This document shows, one piece after another, positions 16,201 through 28,544 of a stretch of DNA of 64,000 nt (positions within the stretch are counted from its first letter, which is position 1; every line of letters starts with the position of its first letter). The notes beneath the pieces were generated by a model that did no database searches, was not told the DNA's origin, and saw only the letters and a program-made list of their open reading frames with translations. Source of the DNA: Phoronis australis (Eukaryota > Animalia > Phoronida); NCBI GenBank assembly GCA_002633005.1, contig NMRA01000085.1, positions 674,619-738,618 on the forward strand, written 5' to 3'. A program made the position numbers and the translations under genes.

Positions 16201-17637
16201 ATGACGCGAGTTGGACCCACAAATTGGAATAGACATGCACAGTCACATAACATTTTCGAAAAATTTGTCGGTCGGATTTTTTTCCGATTCAGGTAACCAC
16301 TGGGACAATTTTAAAAGCACTTGATTTTTAAACAAAATTATGTGTTTGGGTTAATCGTTGTTGCCCGACAACGACTGCGCCCATTGTATGCTCCCGGAGA
16401 GCTCAGAAGGATTGGGATTGACCGGGTCCATAGCCAGGTAACAATTTTCGAAGTGCTTAGTAACTTATAGAGCTACGTAAATCTGGGGCCTGTTCCAAAA
16501 ACTGACTTAAGTTCATTTTTGACTTAAGTTTAAGATTTGTCTTAACTTCCAAACTTTGAAACTTCCGCGTTCGGTAAGTTAGTCAAAATTAAGACAAAAG
16601 TTATGTCAAACACTTGAGTCAAACTTAAGATCTCTTTCTTCAATTTGTTTTGATACAAATTTAACTGTTATTTTAAAATTTACTAAAATTTAAGATTTGT
16701 CTTGGCTAAGTCAGTTTTTTTGGAACGGGCCACTGGCCTAATTGTTTTCATTGTTTTTAATTTTGGCATTTTGTTTTTGTTTCACTGGGTCTACAACGTC
16801 GAAATGACGTCACACACAAGCAAATACCAGTATTACACGTTATTTACACTTACTGGAAGCCAGTGCATATGGCGACCTGCCAAGAAATACCCAGCCACAC
16901 TGCCTCGGTTACTTCGTGAGCTCTGTAGAGAAAACGTAGGCTTATATAGAACAGTTGATGAACATTTCAACATTTCAATTGTCACCATATATTAATGTTC
17001 TCCTTCACACCATGGCATTTATGTGTCCATGAATATGCAAATTTGGCAGTGAGCGCGTATTTTTGTAGACTGCACGTAGATTGTTTCTCTTCCACAGATA
17101 CAAGGTTAGTGTTTGAAGCCGAAGAATAAAAATCGTGGTGAAATGTATTTAGCTTTCCATTGAATAGATCACTATGAAGGAATGTTTCTGCAGGAACCAC
17201 ATCGAGATAATTTGAAAAACAAAGACAGTTAAAAGTTGGATTGTTACTCGCGGATCGACACTACTGAACTTCACTTTCCACACCAGAAATGTACACTGGC
17301 CACAATCACAAAAAATGATTTTAGGGACACTTGTAGCTTCACCGCACACAAAATAGACAAATCTAGACTAGTGGTGGGGCTCCTGCAGTTTCTAGATGGT
17401 CGGTGTTTCATTTGACATTGATCCTGTAGAAGTACCCTCATATATAGGCACGTTTGAAAATGAGTCATGACACGAATTTCTCTGTTCTGCCTTGAACGAT
17501 AGCGCGTGCGTACACGTGCACACATGCCGACTCACCCACAAGCCCACGAACAACACGAAGGCGAAGTAGCACACGATGACAACAATGTCCCCCCAGTGCA
17601 ACGAAGTTCCTGCGAGAAGATCTTCAGAAACCGCCAT
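1297..17637 (-). CDS. Sodium/glucose cotransporter, SLC5A (SGLT) family, SLC5A1/SLC5A9-like; 15 coding exons, about 669 aa
   Basis: Exons rebuilt with GT-AG boundaries and consistent phase: 17536-17637, 16854-16922, 14378-14482, 13674-13733, 12883-12987, 11322-11427, 10752-10832, 9187-9392, 8427-8562, 7712-7819, 7304-7457, 5214-5382, 4664-4885, 3512-3683, 1297-1511 (sum 2010 nt). SSS-family motifs: [58 protein letters not shown]-terminal GYFA*. Exact paralog cannot be assigned by eye. Confidence 0.93.
1809..2093. mobile_element. MITE with TIRs GGGTC(C)TGTTTC..GAAAGTGAC; related copy at 50850-51231
   Basis: Ends gggtctgtttcttgaaagtgacgtaaga / tcttaagtcacttttcctgaaacaggaccc. Shares gaaatttggt.ttac.ctcc and gtggagcg.aaga.caa with the 50850 copy. 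Confidence 0.65.
2502..3434. repeat. Near-identical duplication 2502-2906 / 3030-3434 around a single N (probable haplotype artefact), overlapping an interspersed repeat
   Basis: Direct repeat with a few SNPs; N at 2907. Confidence 0.8.
3725..4310. mobile_element. Degenerate MITE with TIRs (g)gcccgttttaccgaaggtcgta / tacgacctttaataaaataggaccc
   Basis: Imperfect terminal inverted repeats about 25 bp long. Confidence 0.5.
5685..6143. repeat. Degenerate trinucleotide microsatellite (GTA/GTG/GCA)n in an SLC5A intron, running into the gap 6144-6975
   Basis: Directly visible. Confidence 0.9.
6144..6975. other. Assembly gap (N run)
   Basis: Ns. Confidence 1.
11098..11250. mobile_element. Short MITE ending GGATCCGCCCCTG
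   Basis: Internal aggggtccggacgacccct hairpin and a terminal GGATCCGCCCCTG. Related termini at about 46178-46375 and 56287. Confidence 0.5.
11635..11872. mobile_element. Foldback or MITE element with long imperfect inverted arms
   Basis: tagccaatcaaaagccagga ... tcctggcttctgattggcta plus further paired segments. Confidence 0.6.
16345..16484 (+). mobile_element. Probable SINE 3' fragment
   Basis: tgtatgctcccggagagctcag...gaagtgcttag...agagctacgtaaat resembles the central and tail motifs of invertebrate SINEs; recognised from memory, not searched. Confidence 0.35.
16486..16731. mobile_element. MITE with TIRs GGGCCTGTTCCAAAAACTGACTTA (PIF/Harbinger-like); sister copy at 42174-42416 in the opposite orientation
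   Basis: Inverted ends (…TAAGTCAGTTTTTTTGGAACGGGCC). Internal sequence matches the reverse complement of 42174-42416. Superfamily assignment is inference from the G-rich TIR start. Confidence 0.7.
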
Positions 17638-17987
17638 CTTGATAGACAGAGCCGTGCGATGAAGGTCATGGAATGAAGTTGTCTTACTAACGTGAGAGAT
17701 TAAGAGAAAGCAAACACGATAAGAGTGTCAAAAGTGCTTATCGAAGAAGCCGATATTTCACGCATGTTTGTGTTTTCTGCGGAAATGGTGGAGTTTTTAG
17801 AAACAGGGATAGTCCATATTATAGTACCTAGTTTTGAAGTTTTACCTATGCACTGAAACGCAACAAGAGGGACATGTTTCACACACTTTTCAGCCAATAA
17901 TACTTTTATCACTATTTAGATTTGGCCCACAGACACGCCAAGGATAATCTGTTAGTTTGATAACATGCCTGCACATCTACGTGTTAT

Positions 17988-18210
17988 CATAGGTGTAGGA
18001 ATGGTGACGCGGGGGGTGCAGCTACCCCCAGCCCTTAATTTGAAGGCGGTGGCCACTCCTCCCCCACCCACCATGGGCGGCGCAGCACTGAAAAATGTGG
18101 GAGCTAAAGCCCCCTAAGCCNAGACCATGTGCGGCATAGCACTGAAAAAAGTGGAGAGCTACATGTATATCCCCCAGCCCCCTATGGTGCGCCGCCCATG
18201 CCTACCCCCA
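17988..18210. mobile_element. Nested GC-rich MITEs (CATGGGCGGCGCA family inside a related element) upstream of SLC5A
   Basis: Two partial tandem units around the N at 18121, inside another GC-rich element. Confidence 0.55.
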
Positions 18211-19562
18211 TAATATATATCTAGCCTTGAAAATGAATAGCCTGTCGCCAGACACGTGAACGGGATATTGGCCTACCAGTAACGTCTGTGATAATCTTCA
18301 AAAGAGAAGAGACGAATTTTTTAATGCTTTATTGCTTTTTCGTAATTTACAGAACATATCACAAATTGTAAAAAATATGAACAAGGGCTCGCGGTATCCG
18401 CTATACAGCTTATGTAAGCGCTAAAAAGAAAACTAAACCTTAATACCAATGACCGCAAAAATCTACCTTTGTACAAATGCCATACATGTGTTTATCTTCA
18501 TCTTATTTTTTACATTATTTTGCAAATTTCGTGGCAAAAACAATATTCTTGAAAATTTAATTTTTTATATTATTTTGCAAATTTCGTGGCAAAAACAATA
18601 TTCTTTATAATTTAAGTTTCACAACAGAGGGAAATAATGTGCGACGCCAAACATTCACTAGACAGTCACTCATTTTCTGAATGTAAACACATACAAGCCA
18701 ATCTTATTCTTTCCTTAGCCGACTAAACACATGCAAGCCAATCTCTAACTCAGATACTATACTTGCGGCCTCTCAATCTTTCTAGATATTTACAAACTTA
18801 TTTTTTGCGAGCAAAGTCGCGCAACTTCTAACGTTAAGCATAGGTGAAATATTTCTTTCAGCTTGAACGTTAGCAGCTTTTTGTTAAATACATGTACATG
18901 TACGAGCGTAGGGGGTCCACATACATGTCTAAATACAAATTTCATCACGAATATACATTTTCAAAACTCGCTTCGGTTACGCAGTGCCAACGTAAAAGCC
19001 TAATAATGGTTCCAAGTGATCAGTGCAATGGGCCCACCTGCGGGTCCTGCGTGCATTGTATGACGTGTGCCAGATGGCATGCAATTATTTTTATAACTTT
19101 TTGTTCATTTATTTTCTGTCGTCGTTTACACCAAAACTTGCAGCCTAATAAAAGCTGTATTCTTATATATTCTTCTCGTCGTTGTTCTAATTTCCTATTG
19201 CGACACGCACACGGAATGGCCCTCATTAGATGGCAAGACAGTTACCCTAGTAAGTACCACTTTTTAGGGCCACGTACTTTTAGGGCGGCCCCACCCCTTT
19301 TCTGCTCCCCACCTCTAAGTGCAATTAAATTCGAGTGAAAGAAATGTTCGCGGTACTTAATTTCGTGATCTCTAGCCTGACTAGCTATTCAAACATGAAA
19401 TCTTTTGCAGGACTACTCGACAACTTGAAGTTGTTAGCACACTTCGAACTTTCAGCAACTTTCAGAGACAAGCAAGCAAGACCGAGACAACTGTGTTGGT
19501 GTCACAGCCATATCGCGTAGTACTAGTAAGTGTTCTATTTTGACTAGGTCTCGAATTTAGCT

Positions 19563-22500
19563 TTATTCAACTTCTCCGTCTACCTCTTCGTCAAAATCGC
19601 CTTCATCTTCTTCTTCAATGGTGGCATCTTGATACTGCTGATACTCTGATATCAAATCGTTCATGTTGGATTCTGCCTCCGTGAACTCCATCTCGTCCAT
19701 GCCTTCGTTGAGATACCAATGGAGGAACGCCTTTCGACGGAACATTGAAGAAAATTGTTCGGAAATTCTCTTAAACACCTCCTGTATGGCCGTGCTGTTA
19801 CCGACAAACGTGCACGACATTTTCATGCCTTGGGGCGGAATGTCACAGACTGCCGTCTTCACGTTGTTTGGAATCCACTCCACGAAGTAACTGCTGTTCT
19901 TGTTTTGTATTTCAAGGATTTGCTGCTCCACTTCCTTCATGGAGACCCGACCTCGATACATCGTGGCTACAGTAAGATAGCGCCCGTGACGCGGGTCACA
20001 CGCTGTCATCATACTTTTAGAGTCAAACACTTGTGACGTGACCTCCTGAACGGACATTGATTGGTAGTTTCTGCTGCCACGTGCCGTCAGGGGAGCGAAA
20101 CCGCTGATGAAGAAGTGCAGACGAGGGAAAGGAACCATGTTCACAGCTAGCTTGCGCAAATCTGCATTTAACTGTCCAGGAAAGCGAAGACATGACGTTA
20201 TTCCAGAAATTGTTGCAGAGACCAAGTGATTCAAATCGCCATACGAAGGATTGGTCAATTTCAAATTTCTGAAGCAAATGTCGTACAGAGCCTCGTTGTC
20301 AATGCAATAGGTTTTGTCTGTGTTTTCCAACAGTTGATGCATCGACAGAGTGGCATTGTACGGTTCTAGCACAACCTCGGATACTTTGGGGGAGGGCAGA
20401 ACTGAAATGGAACTCATGATTCGATCAGGATATTCTTCTTTCATTTTATTTATTAGGAGCGTTCCCATTCCTGAGCCGGTACCGCCCCCAGTTGAGTGGG
20501 CCAGTTGAAAACCTTGCAGGCAATCGCAAGTTTCCGCCTCTTTCCTAACGACGTCCATTACCGTGTCGACCAATTCGGCACCTTCCGTGTAATGTCCTGT
20601 GGCCCAGTTGTTTCCGGCGCCATTTTGACCTGAAGTATCCACAAATGTTAATGATCATCAGTCAGTTAACTTCTTCACAATACTTTAATATGCCGTTGAT
20701 TAGTGTATCACATGCGCGCGTGTATCAGCATGGTCTCAAGAATTAATCCCAGTTCTTTTCTAGCCCGAAAAATCATTCCTCATGCATCGGACTTAGGTAC
20801 AAGTTTTTGATCAATTTCATTTCGGCGAGTGGTCAAATCCAACTCGTTTTTTGACGGGTTGACAGCTAATATAAAGTGGTTAAAATCACCATTTATTAAT
20901 GTTTCTACTAGTGACTGCATTCTTAGAATATTCAAGCCTTTCTTATAACACTGCATATCGCAAGAGTGAATCTGAGAACCCCCCAAAAAAACGCCGAGAA
21001 AATAGAAGAAAACGAACGACCCCCCAATTTGGTGAATTGGGCAAAAAGGTCTGCCTCAGCGAAGCAAAAAGTCTAAGTAAACGAGACAAAAGTCCACAGG
21101 AATTTTGCGCGGATGCACAATTCGTAAGCTTGAACCCAGTGGCCCTTTTTTAGTCCTCGTTGATTTTTGTCAGTAAAAGATCAGCATACTGAAAAATTCG
21201 AGCCCCCCTATATTTTAGGCTGGGTGCGCGCACGTAAACCAAAAGAAACGAACAATGTGAACGATTTTTCACACAAAACACCAGTGCTGTGATTGGTTGT
21301 CTCGAAGTTACGTAGCATGTTTTGACCAATGAATGTTCGTAACTCGAAATCAGCTAATTAACATACCACCACATAGTGTTTGCGGGTGTTCTGATTTGAC
21401 AGATGATCGACTCGTGGGGTTGCTTTTTTGGTGTTTTTGATTTGAATTTGGTGATTTTAAGCACTTTAATCTTGAAATCAGATGTAGTAGTTAATATCAG
21501 TTAATGGATTTAAGCAGGCTATTATATCGTTGCCGACTTAACGTTCGTCGAAACTGACTTAAAGGTATTTTGTTGACTTATTTCCAGAAGCATCCAAAAT
21601 TCTACTTGTGTTGGAAAACGTGTTCACGTTGTCATTACGTATTTACTCACTCACCGCAAATAAAGTTATCAGGTCTGAAAATCTGGCCGAACGGCCCCGA
21701 TCTTATGGAATCCATGACGCCAGGCTCAAGATCAACCATAACAGAACGGGGAACGTAGCGCCCTCCTGAAAATGAAAATGATTAGAGTTAAATCTTTAAT
21801 TCATTAATTCACAAGCAGATCTACCCCCCGCACTCTCGTGGATACACCATAATGCCCTTTTCCTTCGAAAATTCGTGTTGCTCACACACTCCCATTGCTT
21901 ACGTCAAGACGTTACACATGCACACACCCACACGGTAGCGATGACGGCAGCACGACAAAGAAAAAAGACACTTACCTGATCCTTCGTTGTAGAACACGTT
22001 GATTCTTTCCAACTGGACATCCGTGTCTCCACGGTAGGCTCCTGTTGGGTCGACTCCATGCTCTTCCGATATGACCTCCCAGAACTGTAAAGTCACGTGA
22101 TTCTTTAAGGCAAGTTCGGAAGCAATAAAAATTGTGATTTAAATACTTTACACGGTGCTTCTTTTACTTAACCAGAATTTTGCATTGTAAGCCTACTAAA
22201 ATGAAATTAGGCTTTTTAATCTCACAAAATTGCTCTCGTAACATTCGTAACTTTTTTTTAACGTGGATAGGATTCTCCGTTACCGACACACACTTTGAAA
22301 TCACCAGGGAATCAAGAAAACACTTTAAAGTTTTGAGGTTGGCCAACCCTGGAATTTTAATTTGAAGGCTCAGTAAAAGACCGAGTTCGCTTTTCTCATT
22401 TTAGCCTTTTAAACGAGACGAAACTGCATATGTTTACCACTGCACATGTTTATCGGTGTCCACAATTTTTGTCCAAAGTCCCATTTATCTTTGAAAACTG

Positions 22501-25500
22501 GGTCATGTTTTAGGGTGGACCATTAATTTCGTTTGTTTTTTTTTGCACGGTAAATTCGCGTTCTTAATAATGCATCATAAAAAGGTACAAAACGAAGTTT
22601 ACTAATTAATTGAACGGGAAGTCATCGCCGCTAACTCGATCAGTTTATTCCAGTTTGAAGTTTGCGATTTCGGCTGATCCCATTCAGCTAGCGAATGGCG
22701 ATAGTGATTGGTGGGGCCATGGTAATATAGGTTCATCTGTTGTTCGTACAGTGTATGCGCGTATTTAGACTCGTACGCCTAATTCCGAAGCTGCGCCCAT
22801 ATCAGGTCCCGATATAGGAGCTACCAATTCTTTTTATATTTTCAACTACTTGCCTCGACGTGGAAAGAAGCGAAATTTTTTACGAATGACTTAGGCTGGC
22901 CTTATATTCCTAGACTCACTCCATATGGATGTACTTAGAAAAGATTGCATGCGGTCTGATACACGTTGTATCAGACGTGCGCAGGCCGCGCATGTGGGTC
23001 AATGTATTTAGTTTGCAACTTAAATTTCAATACTCTGCTTGTTTTCAGTTGGAAACTATTGGCATTCTAAGTTATTTTAGTGGAAAGTTGGTTAAGTTGT
23101 CCATCTTAATCAAATATTCCTTCAATTTATTTCTAAACATAATGCTGTATTCAAGTCTAGTTCAAGTAATCAAACACACCAAGAAATACCTTTTAAACGA
23201 AGTCGAAGGAAAATGTTTCGCACGGGCAAGATTATGCGCTTTTGTTGAGGACAAAGGATTCCCACTTGGGCCCATAAGTAAAACATGAGTGGGCAATTTT
23301 CTTTGAAAAAACGCATTATTTCTGATGTGGTTTCACAAACTTAAATACGCGCACACGTTTAGAACACTAAGACTACCGCAGACGGAGAGCCACGTGCCTC
23401 GAATCCAAATGACCCTAGCTTATCCGCGGCAAAATGAACCATGAGGATTTTGCCTCTCGAGGCGGTGGAGTGAATAACTCACTTGTTCGATTTCTACTAC
23501 ACGTTAATTTCCGTGCAGTTCCTTTCCCACGCGCCATATTTTCTTACAAACCCATTTCAGACAATTCCACAGGAATCATATTATTTTCTTTGTGGCTCGT
23601 GTGAAAGAAAATAACTTCGTTCATGAGGAATCAAAGATGTCAGTGAGAACATCCGCACGGTTGGTGAGGAAAGAAGACTGAGGTGAAAATATCACTTGTG
23701 ATACCACGCAATCAACACATGGTCTAGACTTACGATTTCCGAAACATCATAAGGTTCAATTTTTATCTCACAATTTTAATTAGGCTGCTGAAGACAGGAA
23801 CATCTGTATACACACATGGTGATTAGCCCGTTCGCACCTGGCGACACAACTGCAACACTTTGCAGTTTTGCACAAACCGATGACGAGTCAATAGTGTAAA
23901 TTGCTCATTAGCATTCTTTCGCACACACTCGCGTGCGCATTATGTGAAAAAATTAAACACCATTTGAATTAATGCAAATAAAGTCCAACATCTTGGATGA
24001 AAACAATTATTTGATCCGGCTGTTTTGTACACGAAACTCTGCAACGTAATGAAAAGGTGAAGCCTGACTAAAAATTGAACGTGAAGCACGATTCTTTGAA
24101 TATACTGTATGGGGTGACTGAAGGCAATGATCAAGAAAGTGTCCGAGAGGCGATCTGCTCGGCAAGCTGACCAGGGCCTTGGACCGTGTAATTAGAAGGC
24201 CCAATAGGCACTTGCTCGTGGTCCAACGACTACGGGAGCCGTATTTTTTAGTGTGGTCTTAGTGAAAAATTGCCAGTTATTGACCCCTTGACCCACTTTT
24301 TTGCTCAGTCGTTGCTTATTTATGTTAAACTGCTTGCAAGCCGCTCAAAGTTGAAATTTAGTTGGATATTCTGGTACCCATTTTGGATTTGCAGAAAATC
24401 TTGCAGATCCACATTCAGTTTTCACTTGATATGGCTGTAATCTGGAGAGTTTTGTCAGTCTGACTGCTCTGTCTCCGTTAGTAGTAACCCCATACAAATG
24501 GTGGCTTTGAGGTAAAATTTTCTGTTGGTGCATTTTGTTTGTTTAAAGTAGCCGTATACAGTGTAGGCTACACTTTCAGTTAGTCATAAAAGTTTGGAAA
24601 ATTTGATTTGGAATCAGTTTCAAAATAATTTGCGCAGGGTTTTTGAAGCGTTTGGTCCAGTATTTTTAGTTTTTGTAACACTTTGGAACTGACATTTTGG
24701 CCAACCACGACTTATTTTTTAAGCCACCAATCAACAAAATGTGTTAAGTGCCCCTTTAGTATAAAATATTACAATATGTACCTCGGATTATTTCGGCATA
24801 CGTGGTTCAGGGCCTAGCTATCAAATGGGTGTCATTTACATGTACATGTAGGCCTGTGTGCTGGAATGAAAGCATTATCACGCTTGTTTTTGACGCATTG
24901 TCAGACCCGCAGTTTCCTTGCGACGTTTTCATGCCAGTGACATAAGTATCTTTGTTTTAGTAACGTACACGATAACGTTACACGGAAATTGACGAACAGC
25001 AAATCGAACACTCAGGCTTGCGCATCATGAGTAGACCTATGCATGCACTCAAACATTTACGTTGTTTATTTTTTACGTGCACTGTTACTTTAAGCACGCT
25101 TCTGGCAGTTGATTTTGGAAAGATGTTACCTTTTCTCGTGTAAAGATAATAAGCTGTACTTGGGACTGCCACTACTCTACCACTTGAGTGACGTGATCTC
25201 AGTGACAGATGTTACCGACATCTGCTGGTTGCGGGGCTTGGGATCGATGAATGCTATCCCTCAGTCCTTTATATGTAGCGTATCTCGTCTGGTTTGTAAA
25301 CTCGAAATCGAGCTAGAATTTATATTTGACATTTTTCGTCTTGCCTTGAAAACGAACTCAAGATGGGTTGTTGTTATTATTCTGTGTTCGAATATATTAT
25401 GGGTTACTCAGAACTAGCGTTTCTATTAGTGCGTGCAAGCTCCTGCTTGACCCCAGTTTCGAACTACAAACTTGAGTAAAAACTCTAAATTTCGAGTTCG

Positions 25501-26825
25501 GAATCAAACTTATTTCTTCAATGCTGGGTTCACCATGCATGTATACCAAAACACAGAATTGTAGACACTTGCATCTTGAGTGAAGTGCAATAGACCACAT
25601 AAATTACGAGCCCCTTTTCCATAAAATGAGAAAAGGTTATCAATTAATTTGCCAAAAGTCTACTACTCCGGGTTTACGCCTAAACTTAGATACATGTAGG
25701 AGTTCTCAATTTGAAAAGTCATTGTACTTATAACCTTTGCCGCATTTTTGAGGAAAAAGAGAAACCAAAACCCTATAAAAAATTAGGTCCAGCATTTGCA
25801 CCCGTGGACAAGGTGAACTTGTTTGAATCCATTGTTTAGTGATAACGTAAGAATAAGATAGTGTTGCAGAGATAACTTATCCGCGAGTCCGCGTGACGCA
25901 TCGTTATATGCAAACGCTTGTTGGAAGATTAGAGACACTTGAATGCAAATTGGATTAACCCTTAGACCGCAGTTAATAGCCTGCAAAATGGATCTTGCAT
26001 GCATTATGAGCTTTCACGTTATTTTATTTTTTGAGAAAGCACTGCTGTGCTCATGGTGTCGGCTGTGCTATGGCAGGGACATCTGTCAGTGGCCATTACA
26101 GTAATTAGAGTGATCACGTACGTGCTCTAGACTTCAAAGCTGCAAGAAACGCAACGCGTGTTCGGTTTCTGAAACTTAAAAAAATCTGATGCAGAATTTT
26201 TATTTTGAAAAATTTCATAATGGCGATTGCAATTAAACGTACAGATTAGGCCTAAATGATTTATCGATTCAGGAGTTGAATAGCATTTAGGCAGGTACAT
26301 AGACTAGAATTTTTGCTGCAATAGCCTGAACTCGGCACCAGTTTCTGAATAACAAAGAAGTTTATATGGTTGTTAGTGCCTCCTCGTTAAAAACCTTCTC
26401 AATAGTTCCCAGTACGCGAGCACGAGTTAGCGCCGCCCTTCCTCAGCGTAACTTAGCTGCTTTGAACGGTAGTCCCTGACAGAGCTGCAATCTTATATCG
26501 GCCCCCGTCTACATTTTTATTGTTCCAATAAAGTTCATATCGGGACAATTGAAGTCCCCGAGAAGTCTACGATGAAAAAAAATCCTAGGACGGCATCGAT
26601 GAAGCCGGCAGTGGTAATTACGTCTTGCAAAAACACACATTCCCTTTTAATTTCTACATTTTGAGATTTGACGCGTCTTTGACGTGTCCTCTTGTGCTGT
26701 AACTATAAAAGGTGTGCTGAAAATAGAGTTGTAGCAATTATCTCATGTGCGCGTGTTGACTATCTCACCTTTGCTCCCACTTGATTGCCACACTGACCCG
26801 CCTGAATATGTACGATTTCTCTCAT
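19563..26825 (-). CDS. TUBB: Beta-tubulin, divergent isotype; 4 exons, 447 aa
   Basis: Exons 26769-26825 ([19 protein letters not shown]), 21976-22084, 21655-21765, 19563-20629. The 57/109/111-nt first exons match the canonical animal beta-tubulin layout. GGGTGSG motif and acidic C-terminal tail present; ORF intact (1344 nt). Confidence 0.96.
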
Positions 26826-26930
26826 GATCGTGAAGTTTTGTTCTTCCAACACTTGTCTTTTTCCACGGACCACGTTGCAACTGGCTTGGATGACTGCAAA
26901 TTCAAACTGCCCTCCAGATGCGCACAGGTG

Positions 26931-26975
26931 CTCTATATAGGTATCGACATCGAGTGGTCATTGTTATTTATAAAT
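26931..26975 (-). promoter_or_regulatory. TATA-like elements upstream of beta-tubulin
   Basis: TATATAGAG and TATAAATA on the minus strand about 110-150 bp upstream of the ATG at 26825. Confidence 0.35.
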
Positions 26976-28467
26976 AGTACGCATCAGGTCCTTCAGAAGC
27001 GCTGCTATCGCGTGTGAGTCATTACAGTACACGTCGAAGATAGTGCATTTGAGTTTGAACTTCATGACGCATGACTGACAACGTGGCTACTACGATTTAA
27101 TAGGAGAGCGAGAGTTTATAACGTTGACTAACCCGCAAAAATGACTCATTGAGGACTTTTGATCAATTGCCGATAGTCCTCGATGACATCATGTCATCGA
27201 GGACTAGGCCTACCGGCAACTGTCAGTTATGATAACTGAACAAAGTGCCTACACGGTTTAGCGTGCTCGGCGGCTCAGACGCGAGAAGCACCGATTACAC
27301 ATACCGTGAACGGTGCAAGCCACAAACCAATGAGTACGAACGGTTTATTAAGGATAGAAAATACTCAAATTTGACAATACTGTTCTATAGCGTTCTAACA
27401 AATTGGAAAGTTGATAGAATCAGCAGAAAATTAAAAATTTAAATACGCAATAAAAAGGTTGACGACAAAACCGACGGCTGAGTGAATAATTTAACCGTAT
27501 TACCCAGGCATCTAGATTGAATGACACCTACTACAGGCACTCTGACAGGCATGTGAGTTTCTTGCGTGGCGCGGCATAGTAGAAACATAAATGTTTGCAA
27601 AACCAGTCTTCTCTTTACGGAGACAAGAGCTAGATTGCCGACACTGGCCTAGTACATGAATGTGAACCTGGTACTAGTTGAATTTTGTGACAAAGAGAAG
27701 CGTAGGCCTACATGCAGGTGCCCAGGCTATGTCATAGCTCAGTAGTAGGAATGGCTAGAAACACATAGGGTACGCGTATCCAGTTTGAGTTAGCCCAAAA
27801 TGGAGTGCATAGAATCAACACTGGTATGTCGAATACGTACTACGAATATTAGGCCTACAACCCAGTCGTAACCGAACGCCCTTGTCGACTGTCCCTCGGC
27901 GACTGTCCAACGGATCTCAAATCCCGGAATGATGTAGCACATTTGCACATAGGCCTACATCCATGCGATTTAGTGTCATGTTGCGTTGACACGTCAAGTT
28001 TTTTAAAAGTAGTTTTTATCGACTGCTACAGGGGGTGTGCAACCACGAGTAAGCAGAAAATTAACATACGCGGGTCCCAATTACGCGCTTGTAAGCATGC
28101 ATGCATAAGTTATATGATGGGCGGCGCAGCACTGAAAAAGGTGCTTCTATTTACTCGCTCAGAAGTAAAATTTGCTTCTTGAGGAATTGACTTCTCATAA
28201 CTTGACGCCATGATCTTCCGAATTTTCGACCCCTTGTTTTTGTTTCCGACAATTAATTTTGTCATGTCATACGGACTTCAATCGGTATTTTCATTCATGA
28301 CCCCAGCTTACACCGTGTAATCGCTATTGACATTAGTCACTTGTTATCAAAATCTGATACACTTGGGTTACAAAGGTTGTATGGCGAACATTAGTTCGAC
28401 TTTGCTGTTGCCGCATGCTCGGGGGGGGGGGGGGAAGTAGTCAGCGAATAAGTGTCCGGGGGATGTG

Positions 28468-28544
28468 CATGAGCGGCGCACCATAGGGGGCTGGGGGGGG
28501 GGGTTGCTAAAGCCCCCACTTTTTTCAGTGCTGCGCCGCCCATG
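28468..28544. mobile_element. 77-bp mini-MITE with TIR CATGGGCGGCGCA; further copies at about 18072-18200, 28116-28140 and 28930-29073
   Basis: CATGAGCGGCGCA...TGCGCCGCCCATG. The shared core GCGGCGCAGCACTGAAAAA recurs at all listed sites. Confidence 0.75.
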
